Origin: an uncultured delta proteobacterium
Lineage (GTDB): Bacteria; Desulfobacterota; RBG-13-43-22
Reading direction: 5' to 3'
Length of the DNA stretch: 64,000 nt
NCBI GenBank assembly: GCA_963782435.1
Contig: CAWAKF010000050.1
Coordinates: 74,599 to 138,598 of the forward strand
The notes beneath the pieces are model-generated. The model worked only from the letters and a program-made list of their open reading frames with translations, did not search any database and was not told where the DNA came from. Both the position numbers and the translations under genes were made by a program. Of the stretch, positions 10,730-19,788 are shown one piece after another (the first letter of the stretch is position 1; the number at the start of each line of letters is the position of its first letter).

Positions 10730-11417
10730 TGGACTCACCAGTTAATAATATTCCCTTTAAAGAGAAAAATTTGCAACCAAAAATTATCATGAGGCGGAGG
10801 GGAGCGGACTTAGGGGTTATCTAAAGGATGCAGGAAAATGCTGGACAGGACTTCACAAATAGAAGGGATAAAAGGGAAAAGACCAGGAGACCCTTCCTGG
10901 TTAACGTCTTCACCCACTCGTTTAGAAAAGAGATCCTGAAACTTGACGATTACAAAAAAAATCTGCATAAGAAAATGCAGGGCCATTTCTGACCCTATCT
11001 GCTCTTGGTTTGTCTTTCTTGCTTATTCTCATCTATCATCTTGTCCGCCCTGGGTAGGCCAGGACATCCTGGGGAGATCTTTTCAAGCTTCAGGGGAAAC
11101 GTACTTTCCTCACCTCCTTTGGTTTAAGGGGGCCAGAAAGAAAAGGATCTATAGTTAAGATAGAGAAATTCCTGTCCAACAGTTTCCAAAAAATCAAGTA
11201 ATTTTATTTAGTTCGTTTAATTGGGGGGGGAGTTTTGCGGCCTTCAGGGAGGACTGTATAAAATTTCTGGTTTATTTTTGAAAGAACACTGGTTCTGCCT
11301 TATTTGCTTTTTTCGTAAAAAGTATTAGTTTATTAAAGAATTATCTTTAAATGTGGAGGTAACTAATAAAAAAAAATTATTTGGGGAATTATTGCTTTAA
11401 TTCTAACCTTTGGAATC

Positions 11418-11693
11418 GTGGTTTTTTCCCAGGGCCCTGGTATGTGGGGTGGTGGTTATGGCCTGGGCTATGGAGTGCCCTTTTGGGGTAATAACAATAC
11501 CTATGGGACCTATCCAGGTCAAGGAACCCTGACCAAGCAGGATGCAGAAGCTATCGTGGGCAAGTATATCGGGGGGAATCCCAATCTGAAATCCGGTAAG
11601 ATCGAAGACAAAACGATCTATTTTGAAACCGAGATCCGGACCATGGATAATTTCCTGGTCTCTAAACTGGCCATCGACAAAAACACCGGATAG
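11418..11693 (+). CDS. PepSY-like small exported protein (start uncertain)
   Basis: The C-terminal part (TLTKQDAEAIVGKYI...KLAIDKNTG) resembles a PepSY domain. The in-frame sequence upstream (KKIIWGIIALILTFGIV) looks like a signal or TM segment but has no canonical start codon. Confidence 0.5.
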   Translation: MVFSQGPGMWGGGYGLGYGVPFWGNNNTYGTYPGQGTLTKQDAEAIVGKYIGGNPNLKSGKIEDKTIYFETEIRTMDNFLVSKLAIDKNTG

Positions 11694-11752
11694 GTTCGTT
11701 TTGGGTCGTTTATAAAAAGAGTCCAAATTTCACAAAAAGGGAGACAATAACA

Positions 11753-12370
11753 ATGAAGATAAGATTTTTGACAGGGCTGATTTTGTGTCTGGCAGCGGTT
11801 TCCGCTATCGCGGCACAACCTGATATGGCCGTTCCAAAAGGAGGTCTGCTCGTTGGCGGACCTCCCAATGCTCCCATCAGAATAGAAATTTTTTCTTGCT
11901 ATCAATGCCCCCCCTGCAGGGACTTTTATCTGGACACGATCCGGCCGCTTTTAAAGGAGTATGCCCAAGCCAATAAAGTCAGTGTTATTTATTATGAATA
12001 CCCCCTGAAGATCCACAATTATTCACGGGATACTGCCCGATATGCAGTTGCGGCGTACCGTCTCGGACAGGAACAATGGCAACGCGTAAGTGAGGCCTTG
12101 TATCTAAAACAATCCCAGTGGGCAGTGGATGGAAATGTCCAGGCTGTGGTGGAAGAAGCGCTTTCGGCTGAAGAGATGGCCAAGGTCAAACAGTTTCTCA
12201 AAGACCCGTCTATAAAGCAAACCATAGATCGGGATATAGCTGTCGGGAATGAACGCCACATTTCGGGGACGCCGACTTCTTTTCTTTACGCCAAGGGGCA
12301 GGAGGAGAAAATTGTCGGAAAGGTCTCCTACCCTCTCCTTAAAAATTATATTGATCGGATATTAAAGTGA
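11753..12370 (+). CDS. DsbA-family thiol:disulfide oxidoreductase (secreted)
   Basis: 205 aa with a signal peptide and the thioredoxin-fold active site CPPC. SD GGGAGA upstream. Confidence 0.85.
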   Translation: MKIRFLTGLILCLAAVSAIAAQPDMAVPKGGLLVGGPPNAPIRIEIFSCYQCPPCRDFYLDTIRPLLKEYAQANKVSVIYYEYPLKIHNYSRDTARYAVAAYRLGQEQWQRVSEALYLKQSQWAVDGNVQAVVEEALSAEEMAKVKQFLKDPSIKQTIDRDIAVGNERHISGTPTSFLYAKGQEEKIVGKVSYPLLKNYIDRILK

Positions 12371-12846
12371 AGATTAACTTTTTGGGGATCTTACACTGGG
12401 CCTGTCGCCTTTTTTTGGCCGGAATCTTTATCTATGCCGGTTACACGAAGTTGTCCAGTCCTTTACAATTTGCGGCCGCTGTCGAAGGATATCAACTGTT
12501 AACTCCGAATGCAGCGATCTGGGTGGCAATGATACTTCCTTGGGTGGAGATCCTATTGGGGATAGGCCTGGTACTCGGTATTCAGATACGATATATAGCC
12601 GCCATTACAGTGGCTTTTCTCATGTTTTTCGTGGGTGTTATGCTGGTAACGTATCTTCGGGGTATTGAAGCTGATTGTGGATGCTTTGGCGTTGGCGAGA
12701 AGATTTCACCTTTCACCCTGGCCCGGGACACACTCCTAATCCTACCCGCTCTGTTCTTGGCCACCCAACCCTGGATTGAATCGCGTCAATGGCTACGAGG
12801 CAAAACCGATAAAACAGAATTCGGGGCCAAGAAAAAGGATCTGTGA
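12367..12846 (+). CDS. MauE/DoxX-family membrane protein
   Basis: 159 aa with four predicted TM helices and a CGCFG motif. The GTGA start/stop overlap with the DsbA-like gene suggests translational coupling. Confidence 0.78.
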   Translation: MKINFLGILHWACRLFLAGIFIYAGYTKLSSPLQFAAAVEGYQLLTPNAAIWVAMILPWVEILLGIGLVLGIQIRYIAAITVAFLMFFVGVMLVTYLRGIEADCGCFGVGEKISPFTLARDTLLILPALFLATQPWIESRQWLRGKTDKTEFGAKKKDL

Positions 12847-13223
12847 TATTGAAAACCGGTCTGGCGGAGAAAATTTGGAAAGAGGCCCTGGTCGTGAAAT
12901 AGATTAATCCGTAAGGAAAAGTTCGGATAAACATAGAATTCTAAGCTGCCACAACCAGAGGTCCGGCCATTCCCGAGAGAAAGACGGCCGGAATCGCCGG
13001 GGCCAAAGGTCTGGTATTGATCTTTGAAAATGAGGGAGGTCGGGCAAAAGGGTCGGACCCTGGCCCTTTGCACCATCCTGGGAAACGACTAAGATAATCG
13101 GCACCCAACAAATATCATTTTTTTCCGTTGATTACTGTTCCCCAAATTGCTCTCCTCCACAAGTCTTTCACCGAGACCATTCCCCAAAAAAAAGATTACC
13201 GTTAGAACTCTTCTAAGATGGTT

Positions 13224-13332
13224 TCGCAAAAAGTCGTCACCCCGGCGAAAGCCGGGGTCCAGGGATTTGCTAATTTATTGAAGTTTCTGGATTCCGGGTC
13301 AAGCCCGGAATGACTAAAAGGGGTTTTGGCGA
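13224..13332. repeat. double-hairpin REP/MITE-like element, copy R1
   Basis: Sequence: tcgcaaaaag...gtcaCCCCGGcgaaaGCCGGGGtccagg...ctggaTTCCGGGtcaaGCCCGGAAtgac...ttttggcga. Same architecture as the copies at 28.5, 57.4 and 59.8 kb. Confidence 0.8.
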
Positions 13333-13595
13333 TATTGACTTGTTTCAACACGCAGGTTTGCTTAGCTACCCAAAGGAGCCTTTATCAGGAAACTTAGTGC
13401 TTCAGGTTACCCTTTACACCTTCCTCAGGCTATGTGGGTGAACTACCAAACTCCCACAGTCGGACTTAAACCGACAAGTCATACGTTTTACACAGCATAC
13501 CCTACTACTCGTTTAACCTGACAGACATGAAAAGTTTTAATTACCGTTCATATCCTTCTATTGAACAACTTTGGATTGACGCTTATTCGAAATAT

Positions 13596-13634
13596 GCAAA
13601 AAGGCAGAGCCAAATGGCCCTGCCTCTTTTTTTT
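13596..13634 (-). terminator. intrinsic terminator (bidirectional hairpin) downstream of the esterase gene
   Basis: Hairpin AGGCAGAGCC-aaat-GGCCCTGCCT, flanked by T8 on the + strand and TTTT on the - strand. It lies about 60 nt past the esterase stop. Confidence 0.7.
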
Positions 13635-13698
13635 GAACTGGAAACAAAAATAATTAAACTTGCCAAGAAAGTCCCAAGGCAATTTATCTTCAGATATC

Positions 13699-15511
13699 TT
13701 ACCAGGGCTTGGAAAACTGAAAAATTCCTGCTGCCTTCTGGGAATTTGGCGGCAGCGAGCTGATCGCTTTGCCAAAAGCTGCAGTGACCCCTTCTATGGT
13801 CAATTCTTCGTTCATCATCATCACATTCGCCTTATTGAAAGAGGCGTTGAAGACCAGCGACTTGGGCGCTCCCTGATCGTTGGACCATTTCTTCCACTCC
13901 GTCATGGGTGACGTCCCGTTTAGATTGTTCGGGTTGCCCGTCCAGGCGAAATTCTGGAGATACTTCATCATGGCCTGCTGAAGGTCCTTCCGGCCGGCCT
14001 CATTGGCGGAGACGAAAGAAAAGCCGAAGAGGCCCTTTTCATTCCCGAAAAAGAAAGGGATCTCTGCAGAGTGACCGGCACCGTAAATAAAATCGAAGGG
14101 AAGACGGCCCGGAACCGATTCCCCCCCACTTAAAAAGGTAGGCATACACGTTGTCCTGGACCTTGGCCAGTTCGTGGGCCACCGTATCCACATACTTGGC
14201 CTTCCAGTTTCGGCTGCCGTAGTACCCCGTGATTTCGTAAAGATCCTTGTCAGCCTGGGTAGGCAACACCTCGTTAAGGGTAAAGGCCCCTCCGCCGGGC
14301 TTCTGCTTCCCTTTAAGCATATCAAGCAAGTTGAACCATGTATATGGACCGGAAGGCACCCCGAGAGGTTTGACGGCTCCAGAAAATAGAGGCATAAACG
14401 CCTTACTCTCGTATTCGTTGCTCCCCAGAATAATCGGTACTTTATTATGTTTTCCCGCCTTTATTGTGGGCATCCAGCCTCCCGTGGGGATAACTGTTCC
14501 GTCTTCGATGCCGGGGAAAGTCGGCACCGCCCCATATTTGATGAGGGCCAGAAAGAATGTTCCGCTGTCGATAGCCTTCAGATAGGCCTTCAGTGTCCCA
14601 TTCTTTTCCATGGCTGTACGACGCTCCGCGGCCGCGGGCGCATCAATGTTTTCTTTGAGTCTGATAACCTTGTCAATATACCCATTAGCCGAGTTGAGCG
14701 CAGACGTTTTCGTTACAGTAGCCATTCCTCCACTTTGGGACATGGCCCGATGGAACAGACCCTTGCCGAGAGGTGAAACGACCAGGTTCATCACATTATG
14801 TCCACCTGCAGACTCCCCAGTAATGGTCACCTTACGGGGGTCGCCACCAAAGGACTGTATGTTTTCCTGAATCCATTTCAGCGCCTGAACATGATCAAGC
14901 GTTCCAAAGTTGCCCGAGTCGGCAAGCGGGTCCGCTCCACCCATTTGAAGCGTGGGGTGGAAAAACCATCCCAAGGGGCCAAGCCGATACTGGACATTAA
15001 CCAGGACCACATCCGACCGTTTTGCCAGGACTTTGCCATCATAGTCGCTTTCTCTGGCAGATCCGAAATTGTTAGAGCCTCCGTGAATCCAAACATAAAC
15101 CGGGAGTAGGTCTGAGTGTACAGGATTTTCGGGACGGTATATATCAACATAAAGGCAGTCTTCGCTGCTATCCGGGTCCACCGCACCAGTGCGAATCCAT
15201 TCCTCCGTTGTTAATAGTTGGGTGCACTTCATGGCCGGCTTTGTTGCCTCGCGAAGGCCGGTCCAAGGCTCGGGGTCCTTAGGGGGGGCCCAACGCAGAT
15301 GGTCTACAGGGGGGGTGGCGTAGGGAACGCCCTTCCAGATAATGGTTTCTTGGTCTAAGTAACCTTTGAGTTGACCATAGGCTGTATTTACCGTCGGGGT
15401 AATATCAACCTTGTTCGTAATTTGGGGAACTGCACAACCGGCAACAATTAAGATACAGGCCAATAGAAAAGCGGTTTTGCGTTGTAAAACATTGCTTATG
15501 AAATTTTTCAT
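13699..15511 (-). pseudogene. type-B carboxylesterase lipoprotein, frameshifted
   Basis: Lipobox LIVAGC and nucleophile motif GESAGG are present. ORF 14039..15511 and ORF 13699..14325 are the two halves of one esterase (...YAYLFKWGG / ESVPGRLPFDFIYGAGHSAEIPFFFGN). The frames switch at the C7 run 14121-14127. Confidence 0.8.
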
Positions 15512-15532
15512 GAATCTGTCTCCTTCTCCCTA

Positions 15533-15714
15533 TTAAGGTTTGCTGCTAATCTCTATAGAACAAAAACCCCGTCTCTCTCTTGAAAAACAGGGTTTCTTAA
15601 ATCTCCCCATATGCTGCCTCCCTTTAGAGTAAAGTGGCGTTGCTGGAAGACGGGTTATATTACAGATAAGACCTTTGAGTGGATTCCATTATACACGGAT
15701 TTGGGAAAAGTAAA
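15533..15714 (-). promoter_or_regulatory. promoter + structured leader + 25-codon mini-ORF + attenuator, copy A (upstream of the esterase gene)
   Basis: Extended -10 TGTATAAT (15688-15695). Conserved core CCGUCUUCCAGCAACGCC. Hairpin CUUUA-cuc-UAAAG overlaps the SD GGGAGG. ATG at 15610 and stop at 15533. Paralogous to 50268..50431. Confidence 0.55.
15561..15592 (-). terminator. intrinsic terminator/attenuator inside leader copy A
   Basis: The minus-strand RNA CCCUGUUUUU-caagag-AGAGACGGGG forms a 10-bp stem (with G.U pairs) followed by UUUUUG. It lies 50 nt upstream of the esterase ATG. Confidence 0.55.
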
Positions 15715-16020
15715 TAGGAGGTTTTTTATTACGAATTGATAAAGAATATAAAGATTTTAAGAGGAAAGAAAAAGAAGCCGGGTTGTTGCTTTCACCTACA
15801 ACTCTTGCTTGGGAGGTAGGCTAAAAATTGAGGATTACCGATGGAAATATGGAGAAATGATTGGACTGCCCCGTCCTTGTACTTGAGGTATCATCGCTCC
15901 TTTTTTGCTTATAGCCGCCTCCTTCCTCTAAGCTATCATAGAGATTGTCCTATTTTCTAATTTTTTAGCATCACCTCGTCCGAGATCCTTTAATTGAAAA
16001 GCAATACCTTTTAAAAAGGA

Positions 16021-16068
16021 AAGGCCGCCGCCCAAAGATTGGGACGGCCTTTATTCTTCTTTGTTTTT
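16021..16068. terminator. strong hairpin with T-rich tails on both strands
   Basis: AAGGCCGccgCCCAaagatTGGGaCGGCCTT, followed by tattcttctttgttttt on the + strand and tccttttt on the - strand. It lies about 200 nt downstream of the 16245 gene. Confidence 0.5.
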
Positions 16069-16244
16069 CTAATAGCCTCGGCTTAGACATTGGTTTTAAG
16101 AGGTCAAAGTGTAGGGGGGCTGTTTTTTCTTGCCAAGTGGATCGAAAAAAGGAACTGGCGGTGAAGTTAGGAAAGGGGGGTGCAAAAGTGGTCGATCCTT
16201 TGAAAAATCAAAAGGAAATTTCTTGGCGCCCCCTGCGAACTTTG

Positions 16245-16526
16245 CTAAATGGTGTCTGGACAACCACTATACGACCAATGTTCTATTACCCCTGATTCAT
16301 TCACGGTAAATGATTTTCTACAGACGTTCTGGTGGTGATTTCCCCACCGAGACTCCCAGGTTAAGATACGTTTACCATCCCTTGTATCCATTGCCCGGTG
16401 CGGTGCGCCCCAAGTGGAAACTAATTCTGACTCTTTATGACCCATCCAGGAATCCATCACAGATTTGGTTGCAGCGCAACTAACAAGGAATGTGAGACAG
16501 ACAACCACGATGATCCAGTATCTCAT
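16245..16526 (-). CDS. small lipoprotein, hypothetical
   Basis: Lipobox FLVSC. I prefer the ATG at 16526 (MRYWIIVVV...) with AAGGGGGA upstream. The track ORF extends to 16547. Confidence 0.55.
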   Translation of the reverse strand: MRYWIIVVVCLTFLVSCAATKSVMDSWMGHKESELVSTWGAPHRAMDTRDGKRILTWESRWGNHHQNVCRKSFTVNESGVIEHWSYSGCPDTI

Positions 16527-16617
16527 AAAGTCCCCCTTCGTTTTCATAATCTAACAAGTTATTATAAGGTTTCAATTTAATTAATAAAATTATAAGACAT
16601 TGCTTTTGAATGGTAGG

Positions 16618-16646
16618 AATATATAATAAGCTGAAAAGGCAGTCAA
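16618..16646 (-). promoter_or_regulatory. sigma70-like promoter
   Basis: Minus strand reads ctccTTGACT-N17-TATATT, about 90 nt upstream of the 16526 start. Confidence 0.5.
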
Positions 16647-17021
16647 GGAGAATAAAGGAAGAAAAACCAGGGGCAGCTAAGGGATTTAAGGAGGTTTAGC
16701 CCAATAAGGTTGGGACAGAAGGACCCTATTGTACGAGCAAAAGCCAAAAAGTGAAAACATAGAGTCAGACTTCTAAAAATTAGACATCCTCCCCCTTTAT
16801 GCATTCTGATCTTTCCTAATCTGAAACAATCCAGTGATTCAAGGAAACTCCGGAATCCTTATCAAGAATTTCATCATAGAATAGAAACTGGGAATCCGAT
16901 GAGTTTATTTAAGTTAAAAAAGGGCGTCATAATCAAAATAGACAATACAAAGCATGTCATTAAAGCTGTCATTCCACCTCCGAATTAGACACACGGCAAT
17001 CCCGGTGCTGACAGGGAATTA

Positions 17022-17618
17022 TTACTTTACGGCCGCCTGAAATTCATTAGACTGAATGAAGGCCAACAAGTCCTTCTGTATCTCATTGAATACCACATCA
17101 AAAGCTTCACGCGTCTTGCCCGGAGTTGAAAGCGAAAATACTCTCTCGAAGTCAATTCCTCTCTGGGTAAGCACCTTTCCATCCAGCGGATCTACAAGTT
17201 TTGCTGCAAGTTCGGCTTCTATCGTATACTTATTGCCATATCCATCACACCAAAAGCGAATCACATCAATATCCAACCTGGGAGCTTTCTTGTCGGCTCT
17301 GCCTGAGGTATTGCCGGTATGCCCCAGAACGTTTTTAGCCATCTCCCTCAAAACTACGTTAATCTCTCTTCCTTCCTCCGTTTTCAGGTCAAAAGGATTT
17401 CCGTATCCTCCGCGAAGTTTTCCTAATAATCCAAAACTCCGACCTCCATATTCTTTAAGCCGTTTGTTGTTGATGTCTCCAACCGCAACCGTCCCGCGCT
17501 TCACATCCGTTTTAGAGAGGGAATCATATTTTATATCCATTGACGGAATACACGCGCTCAAGAATGAAAGCAATGAAAATGCTAAAAACAAAAACTTTTC
17601 TTTTTTCTTCATGATCAT
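17022..17618 (-). CDS. lipoprotein, hypothetical
   Basis: MIMKKKEKFLFLAFSLLSFLSAC lipobox. Start moved to the ATG at 17618 (GGGAGAG upstream). The track ORF begins 28 codons earlier with no signal logic. Confidence 0.6.
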   Translation of the reverse strand: MIMKKKEKFLFLAFSLLSFLSACIPSMDIKYDSLSKTDVKRGTVAVGDINNKRLKEYGGRSFGLLGKLRGGYGNPFDLKTEEGREINVVLREMAKNVLGHTGNTSGRADKKAPRLDIDVIRFWCDGYGNKYTIEAELAAKLVDPLDGKVLTQRGIDFERVFSLSTPGKTREAFDVVFNEIQKDLLAFIQSNEFQAAVK

Positions 17619-17735
17619 GTTCTCTCCCTTTATGCGATTTTGAGACCGTTTTACAACAGCCAGGTAACAATGTTTTCTCAAATATTCCAAGAAATTTCTC
17701 ATTGGAAGCTTAGAGGGCCGAAGATCGTTTTCACG

Positions 17736-18134
17736 CTACTCGCGTTCAGCCCGCCACTGCCATTTCCCCTGATTCAATCGGTCTCTATAGATGCCTACCA
17801 GGACATGTCCATCTCGATGGCCACGAAACCTTTGCTCGTACTGGGGACGTGTAAAACTCACCGTCTCGTCAGTAACCTCTATGTCTTCAAGTGGTTCCCA
17901 TTTGCCCAGGACGTCGAAATATATACGACCGTGGAAGTGGTTCCCCTCCCGGTGGATGCGCAGACGGCCTTTGAAGGTGACCTCATGATGTTCCTTTGAA
18001 AAGTACTGCACCAGTCTCCATTCGCCGACAACCCAGGCGCGGTCGGCCGAAACCTCGGGGGGATAGAACTGAAATAGAATGAGGACTAGCAAGACCGCAA
18101 GATATGCCGACGCTTTCTTTTTCGGGGTAGTCAT
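17736..18134 (-). CDS. secreted hypothetical protein
   Basis: 132 aa with an N-terminal signal/TM segment (AYLAVLLVLILFQF). SD GGAG upstream. Confidence 0.6.
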   Translation of the reverse strand: MTTPKKKASAYLAVLLVLILFQFYPPEVSADRAWVVGEWRLVQYFSKEHHEVTFKGRLRIHREGNHFHGRIYFDVLGKWEPLEDIEVTDETVSFTRPQYEQRFRGHRDGHVLVGIYRDRLNQGKWQWRAERE

Positions 18135-18230
18135 AATCTCAGCTCCTTTTCGTATGGTTTAGTGATCTAGACAATGATAGTTGTTTTATCAAAGTCCTCC
18201 TCGGGCTAATAAGCTCATAGAACCGGGAAG

Positions 18231-18259
18231 AGCATAACAAAAGTAACCGACAGGATCAA
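18231..18259 (-). promoter_or_regulatory. sigma70-like promoter
   Basis: Minus strand reads ttccttcTTGATC-N17-TATGCT, about 95 nt upstream of the 18134 start. Confidence 0.45.
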
Positions 18260-18346
18260 GAAGGAAAAAAAGGGGAGAAAGACAGGGGGTTGGAGGGCTT
18301 TTTCTGGCGAAAATGGGACTATGTAGGGTTGTACTTTTCAAATTGA

Positions 18347-18679
18347 GTCGAGTAGCCCGGGGGAATTTCACCCCAGGCCCTCACAGAACCGGACGTGACA
18401 GTCTCCCGTCATCCAGCTCCTATCATCCAGTTGCCTTTTATAGCAACTTTACCTTGCTTCCTGGCTCCTCCCATCGCTGGTTGACCAAAAGGCAAGGTCA
18501 GATGATCCAACCCCTTCGCTCCATCTCCATTACAGAGACTTCACCATTACTACGAGTTGGTCCATCCCTGTGCCCCGCATCGGTACTTTCATTCTTGTGG
18601 TTTCCTCCACTTGAATTTCTCCCTTAACATCGGGACGACAGGTTCCCACGTTCCATACATGAGCCTGGATCAGGTTCGC
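18347..18679 (-). mobile_element. group II intron fragment: ORF-less, 5'-truncated copy
   Basis: Contains DVI, DV (gagctggatgacgggagactgtcacgtccggttct), a short DIV with no RT ORF, and the distal part of domains I-III. It aligns to 22352-22430 and 23740-23895 of the full-length copy. Homology stops at 18679. Confidence 0.85.
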
Positions 18680-18728
18680 TGAGTCAATCTCTTTCTTAGT
18701 TGAAATTCAGAAAGTGGCTTAATTTGTT

Positions 18729-18950
18729 TTATGCTGCTTCCTTCATGCAAATGATTTCTTTTTTCAGTGCATCACTCAGGCGATATAACTGTCTATGATT
18801 CTCAACCCTCCTTAAGCCTGATTCAATTTCCAAAAGGGCAGCAGCCACCCAGCGCTGCTTTTGAGATGAGTTCTTCCAGTAATCCACCTTGCCTGTATAT
18901 TGCCCTACCTGGGCCATGAGCGATTCGATGCAATTGGTCGTTTTAAAGCT
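18729..18950 (-). pseudogene. DDE transposase 3' fragment
   Basis: The frame reads *IGKSFKTTNCIESLMAQVGQYTGKVDYWKNSSQKQRWVAAALLEIE...; the TTNxIES box and tail resemble transposase C-termini. It is preceded by an in-frame stop, so only about 73 codons remain. The IS family is not identified. Confidence 0.4.
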
Positions 18951-19015
18951 TTTTCCTATTCATGCCATCTATTCAGGCTGAGGCTGCCCGCGGGCCTGAA
19001 GGATCTCGTAGACTT

Positions 19016-19150
19016 AGTGGGCCTGGAGGAGATAGAGGGTAGAGAGGACATGATAGGTGGCATCGTGGGCCTGGATGGCATAGGGGGTATAGATATGATA
19101 GGTATGGACATCGTAGGTAGTGAGGGTATGGGGAGTTCTTTCACGGATTG
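19016..19150. repeat. degenerate 48-bp tandem repeat (about 2.8 units)
   Basis: Units start at 19016, 19064 and 19112 (gtgggcctgga...atgataggt...catc). The units are contiguous with no spacers. Confidence 0.7.
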
Positions 19151-19194
19151 ATTATCAGTGGTGATTTAGGCTGGGGCTTGGAGCGGGGTTACTA

Positions 19195-19386
19195 TTACCC
19201 TTTCGTCATATTACTATCCACCTCCAGCCCAAAGCAGTCAGGTGCCAAAAGAGCACGGATTATTTGCAGGCGATAAATGCCTGCTTTGATGCCCAAGGGT
19301 ATACTGTAAAATTGCAATGATTGGCCATCCGTGATGCTCTGAATAAGAAAGCTTACTGGACTCGGTGGTTTGGTAATCACAATCAC
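19195..19386 (-). CDS. hypothetical small protein (weak)
   Basis: 63-aa ORF starting 29 nt after the stop of the 19415..19591 ORF. No recognisable motif. Confidence 0.3.
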   Translation of the reverse strand: MIVITKPPSPVSFLIQSITDGQSLQFYSIPLGIKAGIYRLQIIRALLAPDCFGLEVDSNMTKG

Positions 19387-19414
19387 CGGGCTCTAATAAT
19401 TAGCTAATCACTCC

Positions 19415-19591
19415 TCATTTCTTGCGGTATACGTTCAGTCCGACTTTCTCTTCCCTGTCTGGAATTGATACATTCCCCTCAGTGGAGGCAATGATGATGG
19501 TCTTTCCCGAGGACGACGGACCGAACTCTTTGGAAAGATCGACTTTGATAGTTAGGATGCCTTGTTCCACAGTCATTTCAACATTCTTCAT
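19415..19591 (-). CDS. hypothetical 58-aa protein (below the ORF-track cutoff)
   Basis: ATG at 19591 with GGTGA upstream. Protein: MKNVEMTVEQGILTIKVDLSKEFGPSSSGKTIIIASTEGNVSIPDREEKVGLNVYRKK. The composition looks protein-like. Confidence 0.5.
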   Translation of the reverse strand: MKNVEMTVEQGILTIKVDLSKEFGPSSSGKTIIIASTEGNVSIPDREEKVGLNVYRKK

Positions 19592-19788
19592 AGATTCACC
19601 TTTTCCTTAATTAGATTTGTCAAAAACTCAAAAATAAAAAGCCTCCACAAGGGTTGGACCCCTTTGGAGACTTCATATAAGAAATCTTTAAATCTCACAC
19701 TCCATTTTAATAGTTGGTCTATTAGGGGCGATGATCACCACTAATGAAAAGTTCGGTGCCTAAAACATTAAAGCCCCTATAATCAGTT

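Noticed and set aside
12850-13223. Possible riboswitch (c-di-GMP-like GGGCAAAAGGG...CCCTTTGC hairpins)
   Set aside because: The conserved GEMM or other riboswitch cores I know are not present, and there is no downstream gene in the right orientation.
13527-13763. 78-aa + strand ORF
   Set aside because: It spans a strong intrinsic terminator hairpin (13602-13625 plus a T8 run) and overlaps the esterase 3' end.
19016-19150. Possible CRISPR array
   Set aside because: The 48-bp units are contiguous and degenerate with no unique spacers, and there are no cas genes nearby.
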